Below are positions 8,449 to 17,402 of a stretch of 64,000 bases of DNA, in pieces. The DNA comes from a virus. Its lineage: Duplodnaviria; Caudoviricetes. The DNA lies in IMG/VR virus record IMGVR_UViG_3300044840_000109, positions 1-64,000 of that record. One strand, given 5' to 3'. A model generated the notes under the pieces. It was given only the letters and a program-made list of their open reading frames with translations. It ran no database searches and was not told the origin of the DNA. Position numbers and translations under genes: made by a program. Position 1 is the stretch's first letter. The number at the start of each line of letters is the position of its first letter.

Positions 8449-8886
8449 ATGGAAGGCACGATTTTCACTCGGGTGCACGAGGATCCCCTCTGGGTCGCGG
8501 ACCCGGAGGACGCATACCTGCGCCTCACGTTCGACCTCAAGGACGGCGGGGAGCTGGTCTGCGGCGCTACTGGCGAACACATCCAGATCTGGTTCGGCCT
8601 CCCACACCCTCCGCGTCCCGACAACGACACCCCGATCATCATGCCCGAGGAAGCGGGCGAACCTACACCTGTCTTTGGCGAGATCAGCAACCTCATGCGC
8701 GTCGCCGACAGGGAGACGGGGGACCTGTTCGTGGCGTTCGTCGGGGACCTGGCCGGCGAGCAGAGCATGTGGGCGATGAAGGAGGAAGTGGCCGATGAAC
8801 TCCAGAGAATCATCATCGCGAACAGCGTGATGATGATCCCGGCGAGCGAGTGCCCGCATTGCACGCCGGAACACAACCACGACTGA
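8449..8886 (+). CDS. hypothetical protein with C-terminal CPHC
   Basis: AAGGAG RBS. Confidence 0.75.
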   Translation: MEGTIFTRVHEDPLWVADPEDAYLRLTFDLKDGGELVCGATGEHIQIWFGLPHPPRPDNDTPIIMPEEAGEPTPVFGEISNLMRVADRETGDLFVAFVGDLAGEQSMWAMKEEVADELQRIIIANSVMMIPASECPHCTPEHNHD

Positions 8887-8899
8887 ACCACCCCGCATA

Positions 8900-8923
8900 G
8901 GCCCCGCTACGGCGGGGCTTTTT
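8900..8923 (+). terminator. intrinsic terminator ending the early block
   Basis: GCCCCGC-TACG-GCGGGGC-TTTTT. Confidence 0.85.
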
Positions 8924-8987
8924 GCTGCCCAAAAATAGCTCTTACCTAAACTGGCGGAGATAGGGAGAATCCGCGAGGGAGGGGTCG

Positions 8988-9263
8988 ATGAGCGATTTCA
9001 CCGGTCCTCTCATCGCCCAATACGGGGCGCTGGGGATCATGGTCATAGCGGCCATGGTCCTGGTGAAAGTGCTTTTCGATCGGCTCAGTGCCTCCATCAC
9101 CCGTGAAACCGCTCGGGCCGACCGGCTCGAAGCCGAATTGCGCCAGCTCAACGAGACGGTCCGCACCGAATACGTCAATACCATCACCCGCGCCGCCCAG
9201 GCCATCACCGACGCTGACCGGGCCGTGGCCGATGCTCTCGCGGTCGTCCGTAGGGGGCGATGA
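8988..9263 (+). CDS. holin-like membrane protein (N-terminal TM plus coiled coil)
   Basis: YGALGIMVIAAMVLVKVLF hydrophobic segment; GGAGGGG RBS. Confidence 0.7.
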   Translation: MSDFTGPLIAQYGALGIMVIAAMVLVKVLFDRLSASITRETARADRLEAELRQLNETVRTEYVNTITRAAQAITDADRAVADALAVVRRGR

Positions 9264-9439
9264 TGACCAGCGAGGAATCGATCGCGGAACTCATCGAAGA
9301 ATCCAAGCGGCTGCGAGAGCAGCTCATGGGGACGGCGGCGAAGCTGGAGAGTTTCTCCAGGAAATTGACGCAGCAAGCAGAACGCCTCACGGCGGCAGTA
9401 TCAGCACCACAGGAAGGGCCCGACGATGGCGCGCGATGA
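9260..9439 (+). CDS. 59-aa coiled-coil protein
   Basis: ATGA overlap; MMTSEESIAELIEESKRLREQL. Confidence 0.65.
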   Translation: MMTSEESIAELIEESKRLREQLMGTAAKLESFSRKLTQQAERLTAAVSAPQEGPDDGAR

Positions 9440-9902
9440 GATCCCCGACGTTCCCGCCATGCTCGGCAACGGTGAACTGGTCATCGCCGCGAACAAGCTC
9501 ACCGACGCCATCAACATACTCGGGTCCGACTCCGGTCACCAGTTCGAAACGCAAGCCCTCACCATCCGGCGCACGCGGCGTATCGCCCGCGCGCTGGTGA
9601 TCGGCTTCGTCGTACAGCTCATCATCCTGGCCGGCTTCGCTTTCAACGACGTCGCCATTGTCCGCAGCGAGCACCGCATCGACGCGCTTACCCAGCGCCT
9701 GAACACCGCCCAGACCGTCACGCGGCAGAAGTCCCTATGCCCGCTCTACCAGCTCATCCTCACCGCGAAGACCCCCGCGGCCCGAGCTGCAGCGCCGAAC
9801 AAAGCGCAGTACGACTTCACCTTCCAGGTGATCCAGCAGGGCTACGACGCGCTCGATTGCGCCGCGTTCACCATCAACGGCGCAGCTAATTCGGCCAAAT
9901 AA
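9426..9902 (+). CDS. single-pass membrane protein with two extracytoplasmic Cys
   Basis: RRIARALVIGFVVQLIILAGFAF TM; LCPLY...LDC. Confidence 0.75.
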   Translation: MARDEIPDVPAMLGNGELVIAANKLTDAINILGSDSGHQFETQALTIRRTRRIARALVIGFVVQLIILAGFAFNDVAIVRSEHRIDALTQRLNTAQTVTRQKSLCPLYQLILTAKTPAARAAAPNKAQYDFTFQVIQQGYDALDCAAFTINGAANSAK

Positions 9903-9923
9903 AGGGCCGACCCAGACTGAGGC

Positions 9924-10382
9924 ATGCCACAGCCCCAGAACAGCGATAACGGCTGGACGCTCCCGACCCTCAAGGAGCACCTCGAAGCCGTTATCGCGGC
10001 CAAGGACACGCGCGACCAGCAACGCTACGACGCCCAGCAGAAGGCGCTCGAAGCCGCGTTGCTGGCCGCGGAGAAGGCCGTGGCGACGGCCATGGCCGCA
10101 GCGGAGAAGGCCGTCGTCAAGGCCGAGATGGCGGCAGAGAAAAGATTCGACGCCGTCAACGAATTCCGCGGCGCCTACCAGGACATCATCTCCCAGCAGA
10201 TGCCCCGGGTAGAGGCCGAGCAGCGACTCTCCGCCCTCACCGAGAAGGTCGATGACCTGAAGAGCGAGGCCTCCAAGCGGGCTGGCCACACCATGGGTCT
10301 GAACGCCGGGTGGGGGATCCTCCTCAGCGCGGTCGTGATGATTGCCACCATCGTCAGTGTCTACGTCGCCCTGCACAAGTAG
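9924..10382 (+). CDS. coiled-coil protein with C-terminal TM
   Basis: AAEKAV repeats; WGILLSAVVMIATIVSVYVAL. Confidence 0.75.
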   Translation: MPQPQNSDNGWTLPTLKEHLEAVIAAKDTRDQQRYDAQQKALEAALLAAEKAVATAMAAAEKAVVKAEMAAEKRFDAVNEFRGAYQDIISQQMPRVEAEQRLSALTEKVDDLKSEASKRAGHTMGLNAGWGILLSAVVMIATIVSVYVALHK

Positions 10383-10417
10383 CTCGATCAGGTCGTACCA
10401 GTCGCATACTGAACCTG

Positions 10418-10451
10418 CAGCCCCGCGAGAGCAGCTATCCTCGCGGGGCTG
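10418..10451 (+). terminator. 12-bp perfect hairpin upstream of lsr2
   Basis: CAGCCCCGCGAG...CTCGCGGGGCTG; no strong U-tract. Confidence 0.5.
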
Positions 10452-10484
10452 TCCCATTTCCCGACACAAAATTGGAGCACAGTC

Positions 10485-11477
10485 ATGGCCCAGGAAATCC
10501 GCGTCACCATCACCGACGACATCAACGGTAAGGAGGGCGCCGAGACGATCGCATTCGCGTTCGATGGACTGGCGTACGAGATCGACCTCGATCCGGAGAA
10601 CGCCTACCAGCTCCGCGAAGCACTCGCCCCCTACGTCGGCGCCGCCCGCAAGCTGTCCCAGGCCAAGTCGGCGTCCAAGCTGGCGCCGGCCAAGGCGTAC
10701 GACACGGCGGACAACGGATCGATCCGCAAGTGGGCGGCCGAGCAGGGCCTGGACGTGCCGGCCCGCGGACGCATCCCCGGCGCCGTCCGGGAAGCATGGG
10801 AGCTGCGTTACACCGTCGCGGGAAAGGAGAACCTGGCCATGCTCAAGGATGACTCCGCCTACGCAACGGGTGCCGCCACGCAGATCAAGGACGCGGACTG
10901 GACGTTCGCCGCGGCGAACAAGAGCGCGGCCAGCACCAAGGCCATCGAGGTCATTCGCTACGCCCGCAACCACGGAGGCGTCTTCCCGGAGCACCGCCCC
11001 ACCTTCAACAGCGACTCCGTCACCACGCTGATCCGGAAGGGGTTCGGGACGCGGGTGGACGATAAGATCGCCCACGTGAACGGCGCCGGCCTGGCCCTCC
11101 TGGAGCAGTGGGAGACCGCGCAGGCGGCGAAGGCGAAGACCGACGTGAAGCCGAGCGCCCCGCACATGAGCGCCCAGCGCACCGACCTCCCGGCCGACAA
11201 GACCGTGCTGCCGCACGGGAAGACCGCCTCGCAGTGGAAGACGCGTCAGGCGGCCGGCCTCGTTCCGGTGGAGGGGAGCACCGACGAGCAGATCTTCGCC
11301 GCGCTCTCCCGCAAGCATGTCGAGATGCTGAAGCGTCTTGTCGAAGGCGTGCCCTGCGACAAGATCAGCAACTACAGCACCAGCGCCGTGACGCTCCGGA
11401 ACCTCGGCGTCGTCGGCTTCGATGACAAGATCACGCCCCGCGGCGTGGACGCGCTGACGTGGTGGGACAAGGCTTGA
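10485..11477 (+). CDS. lsr2: Lsr2 family nucleoid protein with a ~225-aa C-terminal extension
   Basis: DD..G..ETI.FAFDG..YEIDL dimerisation domain; IRKWA..QG..V..RGRIP AT-hook; extension to 330 aa. Confidence 0.9.
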   Translation: MAQEIRVTITDDINGKEGAETIAFAFDGLAYEIDLDPENAYQLREALAPYVGAARKLSQAKSASKLAPAKAYDTADNGSIRKWAAEQGLDVPARGRIPGAVREAWELRYTVAGKENLAMLKDDSAYATGAATQIKDADWTFAAANKSAASTKAIEVIRYARNHGGVFPEHRPTFNSDSVTTLIRKGFGTRVDDKIAHVNGAGLALLEQWETAQAAKAKTDVKPSAPHMSAQRTDLPADKTVLPHGKTASQWKTRQAAGLVPVEGSTDEQIFAALSRKHVEMLKRLVEGVPCDKISNYSTSAVTLRNLGVVGFDDKITPRGVDALTWWDKA

Positions 11478-11654
11478 TACTCGTGCGCAGGTGCAGACCC
11501 AGGGCACAGCACCACTCCTGGGTCGCGCAAAATGCACGATCGTAGCCCGATCGGGTGAATGAAGCGCGTTGTATGCGATCGTTCTGCGATTTTGGCTTAG
11601 TAAATGGCCGCGCAGGGATATTTTGGCTGGCATCCCCGATCCAAGGAGGACGCC

Positions 11655-12110
11655 ATGGCTAGGCCCCGGACCCGAAACAACCATCCCGACCTGTGCACCC
11701 TGGAGTCGGTGGAGGCCTTCCGCGAGGGCATCCCCGACAAGCTGAAGTTCTGCGCTGGTGGAGACCACAACTGGCAACCGCACAAGGTCACCGGGTTCAA
11801 CTCCAACCACAACCCCGTCAAGAACATCGCGAAGGCAGTCATCCTCGATGTCGAGGAGAAGTGCGCGGACTGCCGCTACGTCCGCTACAACACGCTCGAC
11901 CTCCACCGCAGGACGAAGGAAGACTGGCGCTACCGCGACCGCAATCCCGAGCTGATCTCTCCCGCAGGAATCAGTAAGACGGGCGAGAACATCCGTCGCA
12001 GCGTGGGATTCGAACTTACCGTTCGACGCAGTCTCGGACAGCTACCCCACGTTCCTTCCCGTCAAGGACGCACACCGGCACGTGGAACTTCCGTCCGTAG
12101 GGCGGCCTAG
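11655..12110 (+). CDS. Cys/His (Zn-binding) hypothetical protein
   Basis: AAGGAGG RBS; CAGGDHNW...CADCRY. Confidence 0.75.
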   Translation: MARPRTRNNHPDLCTLESVEAFREGIPDKLKFCAGGDHNWQPHKVTGFNSNHNPVKNIAKAVILDVEEKCADCRYVRYNTLDLHRRTKEDWRYRDRNPELISPAGISKTGENIRRSVGFELTVRRSLGQLPHVPSRQGRTPARGTSVRRAA

Positions 12111-13072
12111 TGGCCGAGCAGCTTATAAGGCTCAAGCTCTGCGACATGCACCTCGCAGGTGACGAGCCCGACACCGAAGCCACCGAAGTGCGCAACGTCC
12201 CCAACGGGAAGTTCATCGACCTGTGCATGTGGTGCGCGTTCTACTACGACATCTTCCTCTCGCACCGCGAACAGCTCATGTGGCGCATGACGGATGAGAC
12301 GTGGGAACGGCTTATGCACAGTGCGCGGGAGCCAGAAAACGCGCGCAAGCCAACAAAGGCAGCGCAGGCGGCGTTGGCGGCGTACGCAGAAGAGGAGGAG
12401 ACGCTCGAAATCTCCGCCACCCTGGACGACCGCGCGGAAGAGCTACGGCGGGTAGAGGACGAGATCAAGGAGAAAAAGCAGCAGCTCGAAACGCTGCGCT
12501 CGGATCCGCCGACTGCGCACGAGCAAACCATGCTCCCGCAGGAGCCCGAACCGGCCCCGCCGCCGATCCTAGAGCGTGTCTACACCGACGGGAAAAGGCG
12601 GCTGCGCTGCATGGAGTGTCCCGGGTCGGCCCCCCTGCTGAAGAGCAGCGCGGGCTCGCACGCACGACTCGTGCATGGGCGGGACCTGCAGGACGTGAAG
12701 TTCGAGGGAGTCGGCTTCAAGTACAACCACGCTGCCAAACTCGGGTCGAAGGTCCGCGGAGTTCCATCGGTCATCTGCCGCGAAAAGCACGGAACCGGGA
12801 CCGCTGACCCCTTCTGGGTAGCGGAGAGCAAGCGCTCGGGTCATGCGCGTAGCAGTCACCCCGACAAGGAGCACATCGCCGAGGTCGACTACGAGAACGC
12901 GATGAAAATCGCCTTCGAGGTCCGCTGCAAAGAGCACCCATGGTGCGCCCAGGCGGACGGGGGGCGGGGGTACGGGTTCCTCAACGCCCACGCGCACGCA
13001 ACCCACATGCGCAAAGAGAGCGAGCGCGCGGCGCGGGAAGCGGCAGCGCTCAGGGACAACAACCAGGCATAG
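12110..13072 (+). CDS. multi-Zn-finger protein with coiled coil
   Basis: CDMH...IDLCMWC; CMEC...HARLVH; C..H...HARSSH; CKEH..C...HATH. Confidence 0.7.
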   Translation: MAEQLIRLKLCDMHLAGDEPDTEATEVRNVPNGKFIDLCMWCAFYYDIFLSHREQLMWRMTDETWERLMHSAREPENARKPTKAAQAALAAYAEEEETLEISATLDDRAEELRRVEDEIKEKKQQLETLRSDPPTAHEQTMLPQEPEPAPPPILERVYTDGKRRLRCMECPGSAPLLKSSAGSHARLVHGRDLQDVKFEGVGFKYNHAAKLGSKVRGVPSVICREKHGTGTADPFWVAESKRSGHARSSHPDKEHIAEVDYENAMKIAFEVRCKEHPWCAQADGGRGYGFLNAHAHATHMRKESERAAREAAALRDNNQA

Positions 13073-13076
13073 CGAA

Positions 13077-13101
13077 AGGCCCCCGCACTGAGCGGGGGCC
13101 T
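13077..13101. terminator. hairpin between convergent genes
   Basis: AGGCCCCCGC-ACTGA-GCGGGGGCCT. Confidence 0.75.
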
Positions 13102-13111
13102 TCGTCGTCTC

Positions 13112-13324
13112 CTACGCCGCGAGCGCGTTCGAATAATCGCCCGTGTACTCGAAGATGATTTTCTGCTCGGATGACTCGCCCTCCACGAGCATGTAGCCCT
13201 CCAGGGTCAAGGGGGCCCCGAAGATTTTGAGCGATTTTCCGCGCATCGGGCCGCCGCGGTACTCCTCCACGTGGCTCGGGTACTCCTCGGGCATCTTGAA
13301 CGGGGTGACGCGTCGCCATCTCAC
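13112..13324 (-). CDS. hypothetical protein
   Basis: AGGAGG RBS, GTG start overlapping upstream stop. Confidence 0.6.
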   Translation of the reverse strand: MRWRRVTPFKMPEEYPSHVEEYRGGPMRGKSLKIFGAPLTLEGYMLVEGESSEQKIIFEYTGDYSNALAA

Positions 13325-13791
13325 GCGGTCGCCTCCTGCAGTCCGAGAGCGTCTCCGAGAGCCATACGCGTCCCTACGGGGTCCGCGCGCTCCTCGTCGT
13401 CGGGGCCGCCACGGCGATACCCGCTGAGTCCGAAAGCGGCATCCGGAAAATCGATGAGCGGGGGCAGCCCGTCGAGCCACGCCTCCGGGTCGCCGTGCAT
13501 AGGTTGCGCGAACAACCACCCTACGAAGGGCTCGAAAAGCGGGCACACCCAGACCTGGTGGCGCTCCAGGGCGTCACGTACGACATCGCGATGGCACAGG
13601 AGGGCGCCCTCGCCCGTCTCCAGGTCCATGACCCAGATGTAATCGCGACTCCACGCGCGCAGCCGCAGCAGGGGCGACTGAGACTCGACGTCCACCGCGC
13701 TGCGGTGCTTCCACTCGTCGGTCATCACGCCGACAAGGAACTTCCCCCAGTTCTGCTCGCCGTTTGTGGCTTCGATGATCGCGGTTTTCAT
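13321..13791 (-). CDS. hypothetical protein
   Basis: GGAGGAG RBS; MKTAIIEATNGEQNWGKF...WVCPLFEPF. Confidence 0.75.
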   Translation of the reverse strand: MKTAIIEATNGEQNWGKFLVGVMTDEWKHRSAVDVESQSPLLRLRAWSRDYIWVMDLETGEGALLCHRDVVRDALERHQVWVCPLFEPFVGWLFAQPMHGDPEAWLDGLPPLIDFPDAAFGLSGYRRGGPDDEERADPVGTRMALGDALGLQEATA

Positions 13792-14444
13792 TCGTCTCCT
13801 CCAAGGTTGGCGCCGGCCGCGATGATGACGCCGTTGCGCACGATCGTGCTCGGGTCGGCGACCGGTTCCTTGCCCTTCAGAAATTCGCGCAGCTGCTGCT
13901 GAAGGTCGGGGTCGTTGTAGTGCAGCTCGATCTGCTCGGGGGACAACGCCCCCGGTTCTCCTCCGTACCACTCGGACAGCGCCAGGAGCTTCATCGCCTC
14001 CACGTCGTCCATCAGCTGGTCGTCGGGGACGCATCCATGGGGGCATCGCATCGCGCGAAAAACGCCCCAGAGGCGGCAGATCATCGGCCGTGCGTCGTAG
14101 ATCTGGCATTGCAGTGTGTCGAGGTCCAGCGCGGTGCATACGGTCCCGTGGGAGCGCCCCTCGTCGTCCTCCACGAAATGCCCGGGTTCGATCGCGATCC
14201 CCGCGCGGGTGGTCATGAACTCCTCCCAGGGCGACATGCGGATGGGGCCGCAGGAGTCCCAGCATTTTCCCTGGCACGCGATTTTCGGGACCTGGGCGTA
14301 CAGCGCCCGCATGGCCTCCCCGTCGCGGCGTTGGGCGCGAAGCGGGAGAGGAGGCCTGAAAGCATCGCGGACCGCGGAGCGCGAGATCAGGGAGAGAGCG
14401 AGCGACTCCCGGACGATGGCGGGGAGAGGTTTGGGGTCAGACAT
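13788..14444 (-). CDS. YkgJ family (Zn/Fe-chelating, FliB-like) cysteine-cluster protein
   Basis: C..KC..SCG...C.ALD....C.IY..RP.ICR.W...C..GC pattern; start uncertain. Confidence 0.75.
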   Translation of the reverse strand: MSDPKPLPAIVRESLALSLISRSAVRDAFRPPLPLRAQRRDGEAMRALYAQVPKIACQGKCWDSCGPIRMSPWEEFMTTRAGIAIEPGHFVEDDEGRSHGTVCTALDLDTLQCQIYDARPMICRLWGVFRAMRCPHGCVPDDQLMDDVEAMKLLALSEWYGGEPGALSPEQIELHYNDPDLQQQLREFLKGKEPVADPSTIVRNGVIIAAGANLGGDE

Positions 14445-14794
14445 GCCCAGCACCGTAGCGGTAACAGAGGGTGTGTAGCACGTTTCACTCTGTAGTGGGC
14501 GCGTCGACACGGCGCTCTGCGCTATGGGGGTTGTCTTATTTGCGCCTTGTGTCCCTTTTCTATCGCTATCGATAGCTTGACGGCGTGGACCAACCCTCCG
14601 AGGCCGAACCGCACGCACCTCCCCTGGTAGATCTCATCTGGGTACCGGGCCCCCCGCTGCTCCCCGCTGAAAGACGCCGCTTGCTGGAGCTTCTCTTCGG
14701 GCCCAAGCCCGAGGGCGTAAGGTGTCCCACACATGAGTGACCCCGGCCGCGTCTGGCAACGCAACCGGGGTCTGACAGTCACTGGAGGACTGAC

Positions 14795-16843
14795 ATGCCG
14801 ATTGTGGCACGCCCGCGTCTAGATGTTGCAGCCGCCATCGTCTACGCAAAATACACACGCGTCTCGACGCTCGATCAGCTCGAAGGATTCGGCCTGGAGG
14901 CGCAGGATGACATCTGCGACGGATGGGCCCGCCGCTTCCCCGATGCGCGCTGCCATGACGAATATCGCGAAGAGGCGATCTCCGGGTCGCTGGAATCCCG
15001 ACCCGCGATGGACAGGCTCATCGGCGACGCTCGAACTGGCGCTTTCAACCGCATCCTCGTACCGAAGGTCGACCGCATCGGCCGTACGGGACGCGCGGCG
15101 TACCAGTGGGTCTGGAACATGGCGGACATCGGCATCCACTTCATCTCGGTCCAAGAGGGCATTGACACCAGCACAGAACAAGGCTGGAACGCCTTCATGC
15201 AGTACGTCACGTTCTCGGAGATGGAATGGCGTCGCATCCGCGAAAGGACGTTCGCCGGGCGCGAGTTGAAGATCAGCTTCGGCGGGTGGCCCGGTGGCCC
15301 TGCGCCGTATGGGTATCGGATCGCCGTCGACCCCGACAACGTGGTCAAGAAAAAGCGCTTCTCGGTACTCGTCACCGACGAGCGCGAGTCGATGATCCTC
15401 CACGTCGCCGCTGACCTCATCATCGGCGGCAAGAACATCACCCAGACTGCCATCGAACTCAACGACCGCGGTCTCCTCACACGCAGCAGGGTGCCCTGGA
15501 CCGTCGGGAACCTGCGCAACCGACTGCTTTCGGAAACGATCCACGAGGGTTACGTGGTCTACCGCAAGATCAACCGGGGGAATGGGAAGCGTACGACCAC
15601 GCGCTACGAGGACGGTACCCCTGTCTACGGAGAGCCGGTGAACATCGGCGTGCCTCCCATCTTTACGGAGGAGCGCGCTAAGCAGCTGCGAGCGGCGATG
15701 CGGATGGTCGGCTTCGTGCGTAGCGACGAGGAGGTGTACCCGCTGTCCGGACGGATTTTCGGGTCATGCGGCAACTACTACACCGGGGTCAAATCCGCAG
15801 GTGAGCGGGCTTATCGCTGCAAGGGCGGCTTGGGGTCGGATTCCTGCGGAGAGATGTACTTCCGTGCGGACGAGATCGAAGGAGCCATCTGGTCGGAGCT
15901 GACGAAGCTCTTCCGTGATGAGACGCGCCTCAAAGATATGGCGGCCGAATGGCTGGACAGCCTCCCTGGGGATAAGTCCAAGTACGAGCGCCGCGTGGAG
16001 GAATTTGACGCGAAAATTCGAAAGCAGAGCAAGCTGATCGAGGAGACCGTCCCGCAGTACATGCGCGAGAAAATCGACCCGAAAATCATGGCTGCCGCGG
16101 TGCGCGACTTGCAGGCGGAGATGGAGCGCTTCGTTGAGCAGCGCGACTTGGCCCGCCAGTGGCTGGATGAGTACCGGGAGTACGAGCGCCAGGCGCTCAA
16201 CCTTTCCGCTATCGCCGAGTCGGCCAAGGAGCGTCTGGATAATCTGAGCAGCGTTGAGCAGAAGGAGATCTTCGAGATGTTCAACCTGAAGGTTGTCCCA
16301 GGGGCAACGAACCTGGTCCGACGCAGCGGGGTGCGATGCGCGGTGATGAACTGGCATTACGAGACGGGGACTCTGGTCCCTCCGGATCCGACGGATGAGG
16401 AGTGGGCGAAGGTCGAGGCGTATTTGCTTACAAAATTCTATCGCCAGCATTTCACCGGCCCCTCGGATGTACGGACGCACTTCAATGGCTGCCTCCACCG
16501 GCTTCGTCACGGTATCCCGTGGGCGGATATGCCTGACACGTGGGGCCCGCAGAATCGGCTGAGGGAACGTCAGCTCACCTGGTGGAAGAAGGGCGTGTGG
16601 CCCGAGATGCTCGCCTTGCTTCACGCGGACCGACGCGGGGCGCCAGCGTACCAGCGTCCGTCTCTCCCGCAGCTTACGGTGACCGGGCAGCTCCGGGGCG
16701 GTCTGCTGGCAGAGGTGCGGACGGAGGGCCCCCAGGGGTTCGGGAAGGATCACATAAAGAAGACCGTTGATTCTTCACTTCGTCATACCGGCTTCGAAAG
16801 TCCGATACAAGCAGGAGCAGATTTCACGGTGATCGTAAAATAG
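14795..16843 (+). CDS. int: large serine recombinase (integrase) with C-terminal IS5/DUF4096-like helical domain
   Basis: YTRVST catalytic Ser; SG....RP.M..L; DRIGR; recombinase domain; Zn-ribbon/coiled coil; tail TDEEW...GIPWADMP..WG...W...GVW. Confidence 0.92.
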   Translation: MPIVARPRLDVAAAIVYAKYTRVSTLDQLEGFGLEAQDDICDGWARRFPDARCHDEYREEAISGSLESRPAMDRLIGDARTGAFNRILVPKVDRIGRTGRAAYQWVWNMADIGIHFISVQEGIDTSTEQGWNAFMQYVTFSEMEWRRIRERTFAGRELKISFGGWPGGPAPYGYRIAVDPDNVVKKKRFSVLVTDERESMILHVAADLIIGGKNITQTAIELNDRGLLTRSRVPWTVGNLRNRLLSETIHEGYVVYRKINRGNGKRTTTRYEDGTPVYGEPVNIGVPPIFTEERAKQLRAAMRMVGFVRSDEEVYPLSGRIFGSCGNYYTGVKSAGERAYRCKGGLGSDSCGEMYFRADEIEGAIWSELTKLFRDETRLKDMAAEWLDSLPGDKSKYERRVEEFDAKIRKQSKLIEETVPQYMREKIDPKIMAAAVRDLQAEMERFVEQRDLARQWLDEYREYERQALNLSAIAESAKERLDNLSSVEQKEIFEMFNLKVVPGATNLVRRSGVRCAVMNWHYETGTLVPPDPTDEEWAKVEAYLLTKFYRQHFTGPSDVRTHFNGCLHRLRHGIPWADMPDTWGPQNRLRERQLTWWKKGVWPEMLALLHADRRGAPAYQRPSLPQLTVTGQLRGGLLAEVRTEGPQGFGKDHIKKTVDSSLRHTGFESPIQAGADFTVIVK

Positions 16844-16863
16844 CCATCTGACCTGCGAAGACA

Positions 16864-16898
16864 CGCGGCCCTCGCCTCCAGCACCACGGCGGGGGCCG
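16864..16898 (+). terminator. hairpin downstream of integrase
   Basis: GCGGCCCTCGCC...GGCGGGGGCCGC; no U-tract. Confidence 0.45.
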
Positions 16899-16941
16899 CT
16901 GTCATGCTCGCTCCTGGGCACAGTGAGTCCAGAGGAAGATC

Positions 16942-17163
16942 ATGGAAAACGAGCGCCGCTTCGAAATTCGAGGCAAGCAGGCGGTCACAGTTGACGACCG
17001 GTACGCGTATCTCTGGGGCGGTGACACGCCCCTCGCGGTGGGTGACCGGGTTGTCCTCGGGGGAAGCGCGTTCAGCTCCGACTGGGTGGGTACCGTGACC
17101 GCCCTGGGAAGCACCTACGACGGGCACCACAGCTACATCCTCGACCGCCTGGAAAAGCCGTGA
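16942..17163 (+). CDS. small SH3-like protein
   Basis: AGAGGA RBS; L.VGDRV.L...W.GTV. Confidence 0.7.
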   Translation: MENERRFEIRGKQAVTVDDRYAYLWGGDTPLAVGDRVVLGGSAFSSDWVGTVTALGSTYDGHHSYILDRLEKP

Positions 17164-17393
17164 TCGATCCCAACGACTCCGCGCGTCAGCTCGTCCTGGA
17201 CGTCCTGGAGAAAACCAACATGCGCCAGGTCGAGGTAGCGCGGCGCATGGGGCTGACACCGAAGCACGTCAACCAGGTCCTGCGGGGCCGCGTGAATATG
17301 ACCCTCGCAGTGCTCGACGGGATGCTCCATGTCTGTGGGTACCGACTCGTGCTGAAAGCCGTTGAGCGCCCCGTGCGGAAAATCGACCTTTAA
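17160..17393 (+). CDS. XRE-family HTH regulator
   Basis: MRQVEVARRMGLTPKHVNQVLRGRVNMT. Confidence 0.85.
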   Translation: MIDPNDSARQLVLDVLEKTNMRQVEVARRMGLTPKHVNQVLRGRVNMTLAVLDGMLHVCGYRLVLKAVERPVRKIDL

Positions 17394-17402
17394 GGAGCGA
17401 AA

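Noticed and set aside
16384-16843. IS5 insertion sequence
   Set aside because: No DDE domain, terminal inverted repeats or target duplication seen; the domain is fused in frame to int.
16942-17393. HigBA-type toxin-antitoxin pair
   Set aside because: The upstream 73-aa protein looks SH3-like with no RelE/HigB motifs.
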